DNA of 64,000 nucleotides from Escherichia coli (GTDB lineage Bacteria; Pseudomonadota; Gammaproteobacteria; Enterobacterales; Enterobacteriaceae): NCBI RefSeq assembly GCF_003334815.1, contig NZ_QOWO01000014.1; one strand, 5' to 3'. Shown piece by piece: positions 63,843 to 64,000 of this stretch (position 1 is its first letter; each line of letters starts with the position of its first letter). The notes under the pieces were generated by a model. It saw only the letters and a program-made list of their open reading frames with translations, ran no database searches and was not told where the DNA came from. The position numbers and the translations under genes were made by a program.

Positions 63843-64000
63843 CTGAGAGATCCCCTCATAATTTCCCCAAAGCGTAACCATGTGTGAATAAATTTTGAGC
63901 TAGTAGGGTTGCAGCCACGAGTAAGTCTTCCCTTGTTATTGTGTAGCCAGAATGCCGCAAAACTTCCATGCCTAAGCGAACTGTTGAGAGTACGTTTCGA
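63843..64000 (-). mobile_element. IS10 (IS4 family), inside end; the element continues beyond the window
   Basis: CTGAGAGATCCCCTCATAATTTCCCCAAAGCGTAACCATGTGTGAATAAATTTTGAGC... matches the IS10 inside terminus, including its GATC Dam site. The flanking 9 bp AGTTAAGCC resembles the NGCTNAGCN hotspot. Confidence 0.85.
63856..64000 (-). CDS. IS10 transposase, C-terminal 47 codons (partial; 5' part outside the window)
   Basis: The minus-strand frame open from the window edge gives RNVLSTVRLGMEVLRHSGYTITREDLLVAATLLAQNLFTHGYALGKL-stop. The TGA at 63858-63856 lies 14-16 nt inside the terminus. Confidence 0.8.
   Translation of the reverse strand, partial: RNVLSTVRLGMEVLRHSGYTITREDLLVAATLLAQNLFTHGYALGKL

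Overview
This window is Escherichia coli-type chromosome. It is colinear with the K-12 map from gcvA/gcvB to the glyU tRNA region, at roughly 63-64.6 min.

**Core genome (1-44.7 kb).** This part is GC-rich housekeeping sequence:
- gcvA (partial), the GcvB sRNA, ygdI, csdA-csdE, tcdA and mltA
- a single initiator tRNA-fMet, then amiC and argA
- the recD-recB-ptrA-recC block, preceded by the ppdA-ppdB-ygdB-ppdC pseudopilin genes
- thyA, lgt, ptsP and rppH
- a 685-bp DnaA-box-rich spacer that I interpret as DARS2
- mutH, ygdQ, ygdR, tas, lplT and aas
- the tandem sRNAs OmrA and OmrB
- galR, lysA, lysR, ygeA, araE, kduD, kduI, yqeF and yqeG

**Accessory island (44.8-63.5 kb).** Composition switches abruptly to AT-rich DNA directly after the yqeG terminator. 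The block is the ETT2 island, a second, SPI-1-like type III secretion system. It carries:
- regulators yqeH, yqeI, ygeH, ygeK and etrA
- a SicA-like chaperone (ygeG) and an IagB-like transglycosylase (pbl)
- the structural genes orgB/orgA-like, eprKJIH and epaSRQPO

**The island is decayed.**
- ygeK has an in-frame ochre codon.
- The orgA-like (SctK) gene is frameshifted.
- epaS (SctU) is frameshifted at an (AG)3 tract.
- The whole eiv block is missing. That block encodes SctP, O, N, V, W and C plus the InvF-like regulator. Only a 39-codon tail remains, coupled to epaO.
- The adjoining GH15-like gene (ygeQ-like) carries one in-frame opal codon.

**Right edge.** The window ends with a 23-nt copy of the glyU 3' end, which looks like an att-type scar. 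After it come two 39-bp direct repeats and the inside end of an IS10 element running off the window.

**Not found.** I saw no rRNA genes, CRISPR arrays or prophage genes. I also found no convincing wholly novel multi-gene system. The most interesting material is the pattern of ETT2 decay, the genes orphaned by it, and a few unannotated small ORFs and repeats.

All family assignments come from reading the translated ORFs and recalling known families. No database search was run.
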